Below are positions 63,078 through 64,000 of a stretch of DNA of 64,000 nt, piece by piece. This DNA comes from Octopus bimaculoides. Lineage: Eukaryota. The stretch lies in the NCBI RefSeq assembly GCF_001194135.2, contig NC_068990.1, positions 63,802,703-63,866,702 on the forward strand. Direction: 5' to 3'. The notes below the pieces were generated by a model. The model did not search any database. It was not told the DNA's origin and saw only the letters and a program-made list of their open reading frames with translations. The first letter of the stretch is position 1. Each line of letters opens with the position of its first letter. The translations under genes and the position numbers were made by a program.

Positions 63078-63887
63078 GTGTGTATTTTACTTTATTTTTC
63101 AGTCCACTTTAATTTATATCTTTCTCATTGTATGGGTTGGAAGTATATACAATTTTAACATTTTCATACATAATTGAAAAATCAGACCCAAGTTAAAGAA
63201 ACTGGAATTGAGAATCAATGAAAATGTTTCTAATTCATACCTAACAATAAAACTCCTAAATGTACTGCTAGCTTACATATATATGAATTAGGTGCAGGCA
63301 TGGCTGTGCTGTGACAACCTTGCTTCCCAATCACATTGTTCTGGATTCAGTCCCATTGTGTGGTACTTTTGGTAAGTGTCTTCTACTATAGCCTTAGACT
63401 AACCAAAGCCTTATGAGTGGATTTGCTAGATAGAAATTGAAAGAAACCCATCGTATACACACAGACATGCACACACGTATCTATGTGTGTGTCTTTGTGT
63501 CTGTGTATGTGTCCCATCACCACTTGACAACCGGTGTTGGTTTGTTTATGTCCCTATAACATGATGGTTTGGCAAAAACAGCCTGATACAATAAGTATCA
63601 GGCTTAAAAAAATATAAGCACTGGTGTCAATTCATTCAACTAAAAGTTCTTCAAGGTGGTGCCCCAGCATGGCCACAGTTTTATAACTGAAACAAGTAAA
63701 AGATAAAAGATAGAGACCAACATAGGTGCAGGCATGGCTATGTGGTAAGAAGCTTACTTTCCAACCACATGGTTCCAGGTTCAGTCCCACTGCATGGCAC
63801 CTTAAGCAAGCATCTTCTACTATAACTTTGAGCTGACCAAAGCCTTGTGAGTGGATTTGGTAGATGGAAACTGAAAGAAGCCCATCT

Positions 63888-63934
<47 letters not shown>

Positions 63935-64000
63935 TTATGTGTGTGTATCTGAGTTTGTCCCCTACCCCACCATTGCCATCACTTGACAACCGATGCTGGA

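Overview
AT-rich, repeat-dense animal genomic DNA with four N gaps. It is probably an octopus or other cephalopod; this is inferred from the SINE families, not proven. The window holds the 5' part of one + strand gene, an axonemal outer-arm dynein heavy chain of the DNAH5/DNAH8 class. I rebuilt 17 coding exons by hand (about 2.2 kb, about 730 codons of the N-terminal tail, 7507 to about 63077). Splice phases are consistent, one exon is probably missing, and the gene continues past the window. The introns contain: four SINE-like families; decayed R4/Dong-like and RTE LINE fragments; mariner relics; piggyBac-, hAT- and TA-flanked MITEs; long foldbacks; and many microsatellites. The most unusual object is a 497-bp foldback insertion (16545-17041) with a 14-bp target-site duplication. 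It joins a tRNA-like Pol III head, an (AAT)n tract and a tail from which a minimal Penelope-type hammerhead ribozyme can be rebuilt. Most ORFs in the supplied track are microsatellite or antisense-repeat artefacts. All protein and family comparisons are from memory, not database searches.
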